NCBI GenBank assembly: GCA_964016885.1
Contig: OZ024751.1
Coordinates: forward strand, 42,036,001-42,100,000
DNA from: Eledone cirrhosa
Lineage: Eukaryota
Reading direction: 5' to 3'
DNA length: 64,000 nucleotides
Position 1 is the stretch's first letter. Every line of letters begins with the position of its first letter. Of this stretch, positions 25,841 through 38,735 are shown in pieces. The position numbers and the translations under genes are program-made. The notes beneath the pieces are model-generated. The model was given only the letters and a program-made list of their open reading frames with translations. It made no database searches and was not told where the DNA came from.

Positions 25841-26536
25841 AGATTCCCGAGGTGTGCGGTGGGGGTAACCTCAATTAAATAAAGATACTCAATACATTGG
25901 TAGAGTGTAGGCATCTTTATTATATGTAGATAGATAGAGAGAGAGAGGTGACTTGTACAGGACTAGAACTGTTTCATTCGTATGAAATCATCAGGAATAT
26001 ATAAATCAAACCCAAACTAAAGCTATGTCATCGTGTCTTTATAACTATAACTATATATATATATATATATATACACTCACACACATTCATGTTCTCTGCC
26101 TGATGTTGGAATGCGTTGTTAATATTTCACATTCGATTATTTGTTTCATTACTCGATCACATATGACAGATTTGTTTCTATATTAAAACGTTACATTTCT
26201 ATCTCTTTCTTTGCATTTTTTTTATAAATTTCATTTTATTTGCGCATTAAAAATAAAAATTAAAAAAAATGAACATTTCTTTCTTTTTTTCCCCCCCCCA
26301 TTTTAATTCAGAGCAGAATTTATTCAATCAATGTTATATAAAATATTGCTGGCTTTATTTTATTTTCCCCTCCTCTCTCTTCATGTATTTTCGTCATTGC
26401 GTTGTTTGTAAATAAGGAATTTTTACTGGTGCCTGCTAATCAATTTCTCTATTTTCTAACCTATTTCATTGATAAAGACAGCAAATAAACGATTTGATCT
26501 TTAATTCGCTATAAATCTGTTGCAAGTGCATGTCAG

Positions 26537-26578
<42 letters not shown>

Positions 26579-26689
26579 CATAATTAACCGTGCGTGTACG
26601 TATATATATATATACGTACACGCACGGTTAATTATATATATATATATATATATATAGAAACAATAAGAAAACGAAACATAATATAGCAA

Positions 26690-26729
<40 letters not shown>

Positions 26730-26939
26730 CATGTATATAAAATAAATGTATATATATATAATCACATAATTAACCGTGCGTGTATGTGTATATATATATA
26801 TTAAAATAACATTAAAGTTTAAGCAAAGAATCGCTGCTTTCACCCTTAATATTTGCTCAATGGTTCTTATATATTTGATATATATTTATCCTTATCGAGC
26901 CCTCTTTGGATTTTAGTCTTCAAATTTATTATTATTACC

Positions 26940-26970
<31 letters not shown>

Positions 26971-27760
26971 GCTATATTATGTTATCAATATATATATATA
27001 TTAAGCTATATTATGTTATCAATATATATATATATAAGCTATATTATGTTATCAATATATATATATATAAGCTATATTATGTTATCAATATATATATATA
27101 TATATATAAGCTATATTATGTTATCAATATATATATATATATAAGCTATATTATGTTATCAATATATATATATATAAGCTATATTATGTTATCAATATAT
27201 ATATATATAAGCTATATTATGTTATCAATATATATATATATAAGCTATATTATGTTATCAATATATATATATATAAGCTATATTATGTTATCAATATATA
27301 TATATATAAGCTATATTATGTTATCAATATATATATATATAAGCTATATTATGTTATCAATATATATATATATATATATATAAGCTATATTATGTTATCA
27401 ATATATATATATATATATATAAGCTATATTATGTTATCAATATATATATATATATAAGCTATATTATGTTATCAATATATATATATATATATAAGCTATA
27501 TTATGTTATCAATATATATATATAAGCTATATTATGTTATCAATATATATATATATATATATATAAGCTATATTATGTTATCAATATATATATATATATA
27601 TATATATATTGTTATACTTTGGGAGGGTCATGTTGCCAAAGTATAACAATATCGGTTTCAACACACGATTTCAGATAAAGAATCTTGCTAAACAAATTCA
27701 GAAACGAAATATATATATATAAGCTATATTATGTTATCTATATATATATATATATATAAG

Positions 27761-27794
<34 letters not shown>

Positions 27795-28354
27795 AGCTAT
27801 ATTATGTTATCAGTATATATATATAAGCTATATTATGTTATCAATATATATATATATAAGCTATATTATGTTACCAATATATATATATGTATAGATACAA
27901 TAAGAAAACGAAACATAATATATATATAACCCACTCGTCGTACATGTTTAGCAGAAACGTCATGTTAACTTCGTTCCCATCTGTTCATTCAACGAGAAGA
28001 TTTGCTTTTGCTAATATTTCTTTTCTTTCTTTCCCCTCCACGGCCAATTGTCATTTCATCCAAATCCTTCTCTTAAACATAAGTACCTGATATCCTTTTC
28101 TCGCAACACAAGATAAATTAGGATATATGCTTCTTAAATAATTTACAACTGATTGTTAAATAAAAAAATCTTTAGAAATAAATTATATAAATATATATAC
28201 GTGTGTATGATATATAGAATCCCGATGTAAGTCGAGAGGCGACCACGGTTAAAAAAGGTACTCAATATGTTAGTAGAGTATAGCTATATTCATTTCATTA
28301 TAGAAATGATTTCTACAGGACTAGAACTGTTTCATTCGTAAGAAATCATCAGGA

Positions 28355-28398
<44 letters not shown>

Positions 28399-28631
28399 TA
28401 TATATATATGCATATGCATACACGCATATATGGTATCGTTATTTAGCGTAGTATGAATTGTAATTAGTAAAGAATGAACCCTCGATATGTAAACATGTAT
28501 TTTATATAACTGAAAATATATGGAAACTAACTTAAATAATTGAAGATATAACAGAAAGAACTAGATTTTGGTTTATCTTCTCGCCTTATACATGTATGTG
28601 TATAATATACATATATCTATCTATCTATCTA

Positions 28632-28684
<53 letters not shown>

Positions 28685-31600
28685 GTATTAAATAAATGGA
28701 AACAATATTTAATATCATTGAATATTTACTCCAGAAATCTGAATCCGTTATAAACATTTATATTTGTTGTATTTCCAACAAATTAAATATCCCTTCTACT
28801 TATATATATATAGCAATAATGGAACATCTTGTCACTGTTAAAGCTTTATTTTAAAGATTACTCAGTTTTATTTTATTCTTGTTTGTATTTTTATATTATC
28901 TTATAGTAAGATATGGGTCTGTTTGTATATTTATATCTATATGTGTGTATATATGTATAATCTCATTTTAATCAATATATTCAGTACAAGCTGTTAGGTT
29001 TTGTATTGTTCCGTGGCCTTTTAATGTAGTGGACCATAATAATGTAACAGGAACCAGATATATCCTTCTAAATATATCTCAGTATCTCACGGCATTTGCT
29101 TTCATTTTAAACATTTTCCTAGAATGCTATTTTCGAGTGCCTCCTTATCTTTCTAGTATAATAGCAAGACACACTATATATATATATATAGTTTATTGGT
29201 GTGTAATGTTTAGCTATTATTGGTACACCAGAGTTAGTACTCAATGCCAATATTGGTATCACACCGCAGATGGTATCCTTAAGAAGCAGTGTATTAATAA
29301 TAATGAGCAGGAACGAAGTATCAATATTCGTTCCTGCTCATTATATATATATATATATATAGTGTATATATATATACACACACACACATTATTTAACCGG
29401 GGTCTCTTCCCGATTTCCTTCTAGAAATTATCCTTAATTATGTATATATATTGAATTGCATAAAATAAATGGCGAACTTGCGTATACATTCTAAGGTACT
29501 TGGAGTTTCCTGAAGTTTTTTTTTTTTTTCACTTCATTCTTCAGCCTTCCTGAAAAATACTTAAGGAAACAGCGAGTACCTATGAAGGTATACGCCACTT
29601 TACCATGTACAACATAATATATTTATCTCTTTGATTACATATTGAGGGCTCTTTCTTTAGTGATTATAACTATACATTCAGGCAATATATATATATATAT
29701 ATATATAATCAGATATGCATACATATACACATTTTGTTTGTTTAATAGATCGGAAGTTATTTTAATAGCTTTCTCTCTGCTTTTAGTATTTGTTTCAAAG
29801 CCTTATACATTGTTAGGCGCTCTACTATACGTTGTAGTGCCGGATGTCTCGCCAATTAAAGGTATTCATTCGCCTCTAACTTGAATGTGAAGTGGTAACA
29901 AATAATAGGGCACTTCCGACAACTCTATGCGAGCCAGCATAGTTACTGAACTGCTCGGGGTCTGGTTTTTACTCCGGATATCCGAATAACAACATATAAC
30001 CCTGCCTAGAAACGGGACGAAGTTGAAGTTAACCTTAAAAGATGGCGCGGCGGTGGTGTATTCCTCCCCGCGTGGTTGCGTTCTTTATCTCCTCGGAAAA
30101 TATTTGGCTAGATTTGGGGAATGGCTGCTGTTTCACTATTGTGCCCCCATTTCCAGATAAGGTCTCGGGATTCTTTAGTCGCTGATATTTACGCATGCGC
30201 TAAAACTGCAGGATGGGTGTGTTAATCTTTTCGCGGGTATTAGCTGATGATGGGTCCATAACATATTTCTTATGAAACAAACACTACCTATATGTTTCAG
30301 TTAATTTTGAGAGATTTAGTAATCTAATTTTCCTATTATTTAGTGTTTGGCACATAATCTAAAAAGAAAAGAAAAAAAAGATTTTTACATAAAATTGTAA
30401 TATGAACAATTTAAAACATCGGATTTTCTTAGAATTAGGGGCGGTTTGGTATAAAAGGGGTTAAGTGTTGCCGTGAACTGAAGCCTCTATTTATCAATGC
30501 AAACTGTTTAACGACCCCCAACGGTCCCTTATGAGGAGTTAAGGAAGGGTATAATTTGTCACATACGCTAGTTAGATGAGGAAAATGCTACAATCACATT
30601 ACAAGTCAATTATGGTATCAGTTGTTAGATTAAGCATCCTTATTGAAGCAGTGCAGTAAAGTTTTTGTGGCTAGGTTTAAATTCAACAAGATATTTATAT
30701 GAGGCTGCCCCATACCAATATAACAGTTGTTTTGGCAGGCAGTCCCCGAATCGAATTTTCAGTTTTATATTTCCCTTTCCCTATCTTCCATTATATGTTT
30801 GTGTTCAACGTAACCCTGTTAAGTTATTCTGTAGATATCACCTGATGAGATCGTTTTATCTTGCATCATAATTGGATGATAAAGTGGGCCATTGAAATAT
30901 GTATAGTGATTTCGCGGAATTAAAATTCTGAAGCAAATTTTCCAGTCCGGCCTTCTGTTGCATTTACATTATTCTATATTTACTATTATGTTTTCACGGT
31001 AAAGGCTTTATCTCACATAATATCGAATCTATGAGATTTTGATATTTATTTTGAGAACAATACCCTAACATCAGTATGAACGACCAGTTACAGCCTGTTT
31101 GAACAGAAAGAGGTGAAAGAATTCTGGCTGGATACGACCAGTTTAAATGCAAAGGGGTTAATTCAAGTACATGTATATTTATCTATTTAGGAATTGATTT
31201 ACTTAGAATTTTTTAAATATCTAATTATAGTGATTTAAATTGACTTGATTGTTATTGAATAGCTGAACATGGCAAAGCCTGAGCAAAGTTCTTGTCTCAG
31301 AGTTCACTGATTAAATGTTTAAGAGTGATTAATAGATCCAGCACTTATCTCAAATGTAAACATTTAAAGTGTATTAATCATGTTATTTAACATGCATGAA
31401 ACCATATTAGGTGAGTCTAAGTCTAAAATCTGTCTTGAGCCCAGAAGTTCATCAGGCTGGGAGGTCTTAGTCCAGTTTCCATGGTGTGAAGCGATTGAGA
31501 GTACATGACTTCCCCCTGGCCAGGACACCACTCATTTTCAGCTGAGTATACTGGAGCAACATGAAATTAGGCGTTTTGCTCAAGAACACAACCCCGTCCA

Positions 31601-34600
31601 GGAATTGAACCCATGATGTTATGATCTTAAGTCCAATACCCTTACCAAGTGCTTCCTCATTAGCAAGGCATTTTTGAAAATTACAAAACCAACCCTGAAC
31701 AAGAGGGTTGGATAACATGCATGAGCTTGGTTGGTCTCACTTGGGGATCCAGTCAAATCAATTGGAGATGGTTGCTTCTGACAGGACTCACTGGAAGGTG
31801 TGTTTGAAGACTCTATCCCATGACCCTCCCAAGAATAAGTGGGTGAAGAAGTTCTATCACTGCATCACGTTAACCCTTTAATGTTCAAACCGGCCAGAAT
31901 TCTCTACCTCCTCCTGTTGAAACTGGCTGTAACTGGTCGCTCAAACTGATGTTAAGGTATTATTCTCAAAATAAATACTTTCAAAATGTCATAGATTCGA
32001 TATGTGAGATAATTATGCGAGGTAAAGCCTTTACCATGAAAATATAATAGTATATATAGAGTAATGTGAATGCTAAAGGGTTAAAAGATAATCTTTACTC
32101 TACTGAAGATTTCACAATGATCTATCCAATGGTAAAGATACTATAAACATTTGAATTTACAAACCCATTTGAACATAACTCCTGCTAAATCATCACAGGA
32201 TGCTAAGAGTTAAGCAATTGTTATGTTTTCCTTTTGTTAGTGACGTTTACAACTTAACTAATAATGATTTCTAATTGATATTAGACTTAATCAAGCTCAC
32301 TAGATTCTTCTAGCTACATCTAAAGTCTGTCTCGAGCCGGAGGCTCATCAAGCCAGTACTTATCCCATTTTTACAATCTTGGTGTGTGTTACATTCTTCT
32401 CTGGGGAAAGACATTTCTTGACAGTTGTTAGAACATCAGATAGAAACCTTTGCAGTATTCATTCCAGCACTTTTGTGGTCTGAGTTCAAATCCCGTTGAT
32501 AAAAATATAATACTAATCCAGTACTGAGGTCAATTTTTCCTCTATATCTCTTTCTTACTTCCTGCCTCTCTATCTCTCAAAGAAGAAGAAATCAGCGGTG
32601 TTCAGACTTGGAGAGAGGCTGGGCTCCACCAGGTGTAAATGTCACTACAGTGCCCCTATAACTCCATCAGGAGTTACCAGTCTATACATGCATACTCGTT
32701 GTCATTGTTGTTTTAACGTCCACTTTCTCTGCTAACAAGGGTTGGATGAATCTACATAGACCCAGTCAGTACTGAGGCGGAGCCACTGATCTTGCTTATG
32801 TACAGTCGACTGTCCACCGAGTGCGCAGAAGAAGTAGTTGTCATACCGTTGACACAACTGATGGTCCGCCCAACCCTTTGGCAAGATTTCTATGGCATAT
32901 ATAGAACATATTCAGTGGCAAATATATTATATTCACTAAATTGTACTTTCTTCAATTCTTCTACGATTCCATTTTAAATTTCGACATTTCACCGACCTTA
33001 TTAAACTTTTAGTATTTACATTAATCTATATTTACTATTGTATTTTTGTGGTAAAGGCTTTATCTTATATAATTATCTCACATAATATTGAACCTACGAG
33101 ATTTTTATATTATTTATTTTGAGAACAATACCTTAACATAAGTATGAGCAGCCAGTTTGAACAGAAAGAGGTGAGAGAATTCTGGCCGGGTACTGTTGGT
33201 TTAAATGCTAAAGGGTTAAGCAAAATATTTAGTAACCAGTCTCAACTAACTTAACTTGCCTCCAAATAAATAAGAGTAGAGGCTCTGCAAGTTTACAGTA
33301 AATACATGCTCTTTAAATGTACAATACAAATTGTAAAAACTTGAACTAATTAGTTGTTTTTTTTTATCTGAATAGTTGCTATTGTGTTATAAATATAATT
33401 AGGTTTTGTAATACTTAGGTTTGGCCCCACTACAACATTTTTTTAGCCATGTGATTTGTTTTGAATTCTTGTTGATAGAGCATTTTAAGTTCTTTTTATA
33501 AATATAATTATTACTTTGAGCCATTTTGTTTTCATGATTCACGGTCATGAGGGAAAACTTTGTAGTGAGAGAAGATTAATATATCATGGTTAATTAGATT
33601 TGTCATTTTAGAAGTTGTAAACTTCACTAATATATAGATAATTTAATGTAGACTGGCTGAATGTCTCAGACAAATATATGTTACCAACCTGCCTAAAACT
33701 GTTGGAACAGGGTAGTCCTAGTGCTACTCTGTAAAGGGGTAGTGCTGGTGTCACAATAAATAGCACCCAGTCCACTCTGTAAAGTGGTAGTGCTGGTGTC
33801 AATGAATAGTACCCAGGCCAATCAGTAAAGTGGTAGTGCTGGTGTCACAATAAATAGCACCCAGTCCACTCTGTAAAGTGGTAGTGCTGGTGTCACAATA
33901 AATAGCACCCAGTCCACTCTGTAAAGTGGTAGTGCTGGTGTCACAATAAATAGTACCCAGGCCAATCAGTAAAGTGGTAGTGCTGGTGTCACAATAAAAT
34001 ACACTGAGTCCACACTATAAAGTGGTCATGTAGGAGTCGCTGCAAAAAGCACCCAAGACACTGTAAATGTGGTTGGCGTTAGGAAGGGCATCTAACTGTA
34101 GAAATCTAGCCAGAAACAGTTCTGAATGAGCAGGATACAGTCACCTGACCCAACCTGCCTCAAAGGGGGCAACCCATTTAACCCATGCTAGCGTGGAAGG
34201 TGGACAAACTACGATGGTGATATATATCTTTGCACCAGAATTAGCTTTAATTAGCCAAGCCCACAACTCGTTGGAATGTATAAGCAAAATATGACCCAAT
34301 TAACCCCTCCCTACTTCACCTCAATTTCAAATCTGTTTTGAACTATGATACCCTATCCGACCTATGTCTGCATAGAAAGAGGATGTAAAAATATCATAGC
34401 CAGTTTATTTTATCCCATTAGCATTCACATTACTCTATATTTACTACAGGTAAAATTCCATTGTAATGAATACCATTATAATAAATTTTTCACATAATAT
34501 TGAATCTATGAGATTTTGATGATATTTATTTATTTTGAGAACAATACCTTAATGTTGGTATGTGTGGCAAGTTATGCCCGATTTGAACAGAAAGAGGTGA

Positions 34601-37600
34601 GAGAATTCTGGCCTGATATGGCTGGTTTAAATGCTTAAGGGTTAAGCTTCTATTGCCCATAGCTCTTTAATGCAACATCATGTATCATATGAAACCACAT
34701 TAGCAAGACATTCTTGAACAAGTACAAAACAACACTGTGACTGTAAAACATTAAATATTAAAATCCCTGCTTTAATATTTAATACTGACAATTTTCACAA
34801 AGATTTGTCCACTATTAAAGATACTGTAAATATTTAACAAACACATCTTTTTGGATATTTTCTGTTAAATCATTAACAGGATATTAAGAGTTAGAAAATG
34901 GAATACATTTCATGCCTTTTCTTGTCTTTATATAAAGTTTTTTTAAGAAATCAATATATACGTTATATTGATATAGTCCATTTGACCACAAATGGCACAA
35001 CCCAGATAGATTTAGTTCTGATACAAATCAATCATTTGTGTCATAAAATGTTATGACACGTAATTGACATAAAGTTACGTATTCTCAAGTCTCGAATAAT
35101 CGCTCCCCCCCCCCCCCCCCCCCCCACACACACACACCAACCCACTCATTAATTTTTGCTAATCTATCTCCATTTTATTTTAATTGGTAGCATTCCTGTG
35201 ACAATTAATTTTCTTGGACATTAAAAAACATTATACATGACAAAAAAAAAGAACATTACAAGAAATCTCATACATCATAAAATATATAGGATGGATTGGA
35301 GGGTCTCAATATGTAAACTAAACAATTAATTGTTTTTTTTTTTGTTTTTTTGTTTTTTTTAAATCAATGGAGACAACCTAGAAAAATTATTGATTTTTTT
35401 TTTTTTTTTTTTTTTTTTTCCCAACCCCCACCCTTTGTTATTTGGAGCCCAAGGGTAGGTAAATTACTAATCACCTAAAACTTTGCACATTGCTTATGTT
35501 TACAAAGACGTGTGCTCCTACATTGTCGTGATGAAAGACATTGTCCTTATGATTAGCAAGTGCTGGACACTTCTTGTGCCCAACTGGTCTCAGTAAAGTG
35601 CTGGACACTTCTTGTGCCCAACTGGTCTCAGTACAGTGCTGGACACTTCTTGTGTCCAACTGGTCTCGGTACAGTGCTGGACACTTCTTGTGTCCAACTG
35701 GTCTCGGTACAGTGCTGGACACTTCTTGTGTCCAACTGGTCTCGGTACAGTGCTGGACACTTCTTGTGCCCAACTGGTCTCAGTACAGTGCTGGACACTT
35801 CTTGTGCCCAACTGGTCTCAGTACAGTGCTGGACACTTCTTGTGCCCAACTGGTCTCAGTACAGTGCTGGACACTTCTTGTGCCCAACTGGTCTCAGTAC
35901 AGTGCTGGACACTTCTTGTGTCCAACTGGTCTCAGTACAGTGCTGGACACTTCTTGTGCCCAACTGGTCTCGGTACAGTGCTGGACACTTCTTGTGCCCA
36001 ACTGGTCTCGGTACAGTGCTGGACACTTCTTGTGCCCAACTGGTCTCAGTACAGTGCTGGACACTTCTTGTGTCCAACTGGTCTCAGTACAGTGCTGGAC
36101 ACTTCTTGTGTCCAACTGGTCTCGGTACAGTGCTGGACACTTCTTGTGTCCAACTGGTCTCGGTACAGTGCTGGACACTTCTTGTGTCCAACTGGTCTCG
36201 GTACAGTGCTGGACACTTCTTGTGCCCAACTGGTCTCGGTACAGTGCTGGACACTTCTTGTGCCCAACTGGTCTCGGTACAGTGCTGGACACTTCTTGTG
36301 CCCAACTGGTCTCGGTACAGTGCTGGACACTTCTTGTGTCCAACTGGTCTCGGTACAGTGCTGGACACTTCTTGTGTCCAACTGGTCTCGGTACAGTGCT
36401 GGACACTTCTTGTGTCCAACTGGTCTCGGTACAGTGCTGGACACTTCTTGTGTCCAACTGGTCTCGGTACAGTGCTGGACACTTCTTGTGTCCAACTGGT
36501 CTCGGTACAGTGCTGGACACTTCTTGTGTCCAACTGGTCTCGGTACAGTGCTGGACACTTCTTGTGTCCAACTGGTCTCGGTACAGTGCTGGACACTTCT
36601 TGTGTCCAACTGGTCTCGGTACAGTGCTGGACACTTGTGTCCAACTGGTCTCGGTACAGTGCTGGACACTTGTGTCCAACTGGTCTCGGTACAGTGCTGG
36701 ACACTTGTGTCCAACTGGTCTCGGTACAGTGCTGGACACTTGTGTCCAACTGGTCTCGGTACAGTGCTGGACACTTCTTGTGTCCAACTGGTCTCAGTAC
36801 AGTGCTGGACACTTCTTGTGTCCAACTGGTCTCGGTACAGTGCTGGACACTTCTTGTGCCCAACTGGTCTCAGTACAGTGCTGGACACTTCTTGTGCCCA
36901 ACTGGTCTCAGTACAGTGCTGGACACTTCTTGTGTCCAACTGGTCTCGGTACAGTGCTGGACACTTCTTGTGCCCAACTGGTCTCGGTACAGTGCTGGAC
37001 ACTTCTTGTGCCCAATTGGTCTCAGTACAGTGCTGGACACTTCTTGTGTCCAATTGGTCTCAGTACAGTGCTGGACACTTCTTGTGTCCAATTGGTCTCA
37101 GTACAGTGCTGGACACTTCTTGTGCCCAACTGGTCTCAGTACAGTGCTGGACACTTCTTGTGTCCAACTGGTCTCGGTACAGTGCTGGACACTTCTTGTG
37201 CCCAACTGGTCTCGGTACAGTGCTGGACACTTCTTGTGCCCAACTGGTCTCGGTACAGTGCTGGACACTTCTTGTGTCCAACTGGTCTCAGTACAGTGCT
37301 GGACACTTCTTGTGTCCAACTGGTCTCAGTACAGTGCTGGACACTTCTTGTGTCCAATTGGTCTCAGTACAGTGCTGGACACTTCTTGTGTCCAACTGGT
37401 CTCAGTACAGTGCTGGACACTTCTTGTGTCCAACTGGTCTCAGTACAGTGCTGGACACTTCTTGTGTCCAACTGGTCTCAGTACAGTGCTGGACACTTCT
37501 TGTGCCCAACTGGTCTCAGTACAGTGCTGGACACTTCTTGTGCCCAACTGGTCTCAGTACAGTGCTGGACACTTCTTGTGCCCAACTGGTCTCAGTACAG

Positions 37601-38685
37601 TGCTGGACACTTCTTGTGTCCAACTGGTCTCAGTACAGTGCTGGACACTTCTTGTGCCCAACTGGTCTCAGTACAGTGCTGGACACTTCTTGTGCCCAAC
37701 TGGTCTCAGTACAGTGCTGGACACTTCTTGTGCCCAACTGGTCTCAGTACAGTGCTGGACACTTCTTGTGTCCAACTGGTCTCAGTACAGTGCTGGACAC
37801 TTCTTGTGTCCAATTGGTCTCGGTACAATGCTGGACACTTCTTGTGTCCAACTGGTCTCGGTACAGTGCTGGACACTTCTTGTGCCCAACTGGTCTCAGT
37901 ACAGTGCTGGACACTTCTTGTGTCCAACTGGTCTCAGTACAGTGCTGGACACTTCTTGTGTCCAATTGGTCTCGGTAAAGTGCTGGACACTTCTTGTGCC
38001 CAACTGGTCTCAGTACAGTGCTGGACACTTCTTGTGCCCAACTGGTCTCAGTACAGTGCTGGACACTTCTTGTGCCCAACTGGTCTCAGTACAGTGCTGG
38101 ACACTTCTTGTGTCCAACTGGTCTCGGTACAATGCTGGACACTTCTTGTGCCCAACTGGTCTCGGTACAGTGCTGGACACTTCTTGTGCCCAACTGGTCT
38201 CGGTACAGTGCTGGACACTTCTTGTGTCCAACTGGTCTCGGTACAGTGCTGGACACTTCTTGTGCCCAACTGGTCTCGGTACAGTGCTGGACACTTCTTG
38301 TGCCCAACTGGTCTCAGTACAGTGTTGGACACTTCTTGTGCCCAACTGGTCTCAGTACAGTGTTGGACACTTCTTGTGCCCAACTGGTCTCAGTACAGTG
38401 CTGGACACTTCTTGTGCCCAACTGGTCTCAGTACACATTCAAATTGATGGTCTTGTTTGTGAGAAGCTTGTAAAAGGCAACATCCATTGAATTTCACCAA
38501 ATTGGAAGACTGACCTTTTTCAGGTGAAGTCCTACTTTGGAGGTTGTTTGTAGTGGTTCACCACATTTCCCTCATTTGATCATTTGATCTTCACATTGTT
38601 ATAGATGATCCATTGTTCACCCATCACCATTCTCTTAAATAAAGTCTAGTTTCCTTCGTTTCTGAAAAAAATCACAGATGGAAAT

Positions 38686-38735
<50 letters not shown>

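Noticed and set aside
26960-27890. Repeat-spacer pattern resembling CRISPR
   Set aside because: The spacers are only (TA)n of variable length.
29545-29587. Cassette exon in DNAJC5 intron 1 (AG...GTATAC)
   Set aside because: 43 nt would shift the frame, the donor is weak, and the hairpin arm explains the sequence.
29810-30250. 7SK, telomerase RNA or RNase P/MRP RNA
   Set aside because: GGATGT and TAACCCT are present, but I could not find the GATC pairing motifs, a sufficiently long telomere template or P4 consensus boxes.
35560-38490. 800-970 aa Cys-rich ORFs in all three + frames
   Set aside because: Artefact of a 38-bp unit cycling through frames; the same peptide appears in every frame.
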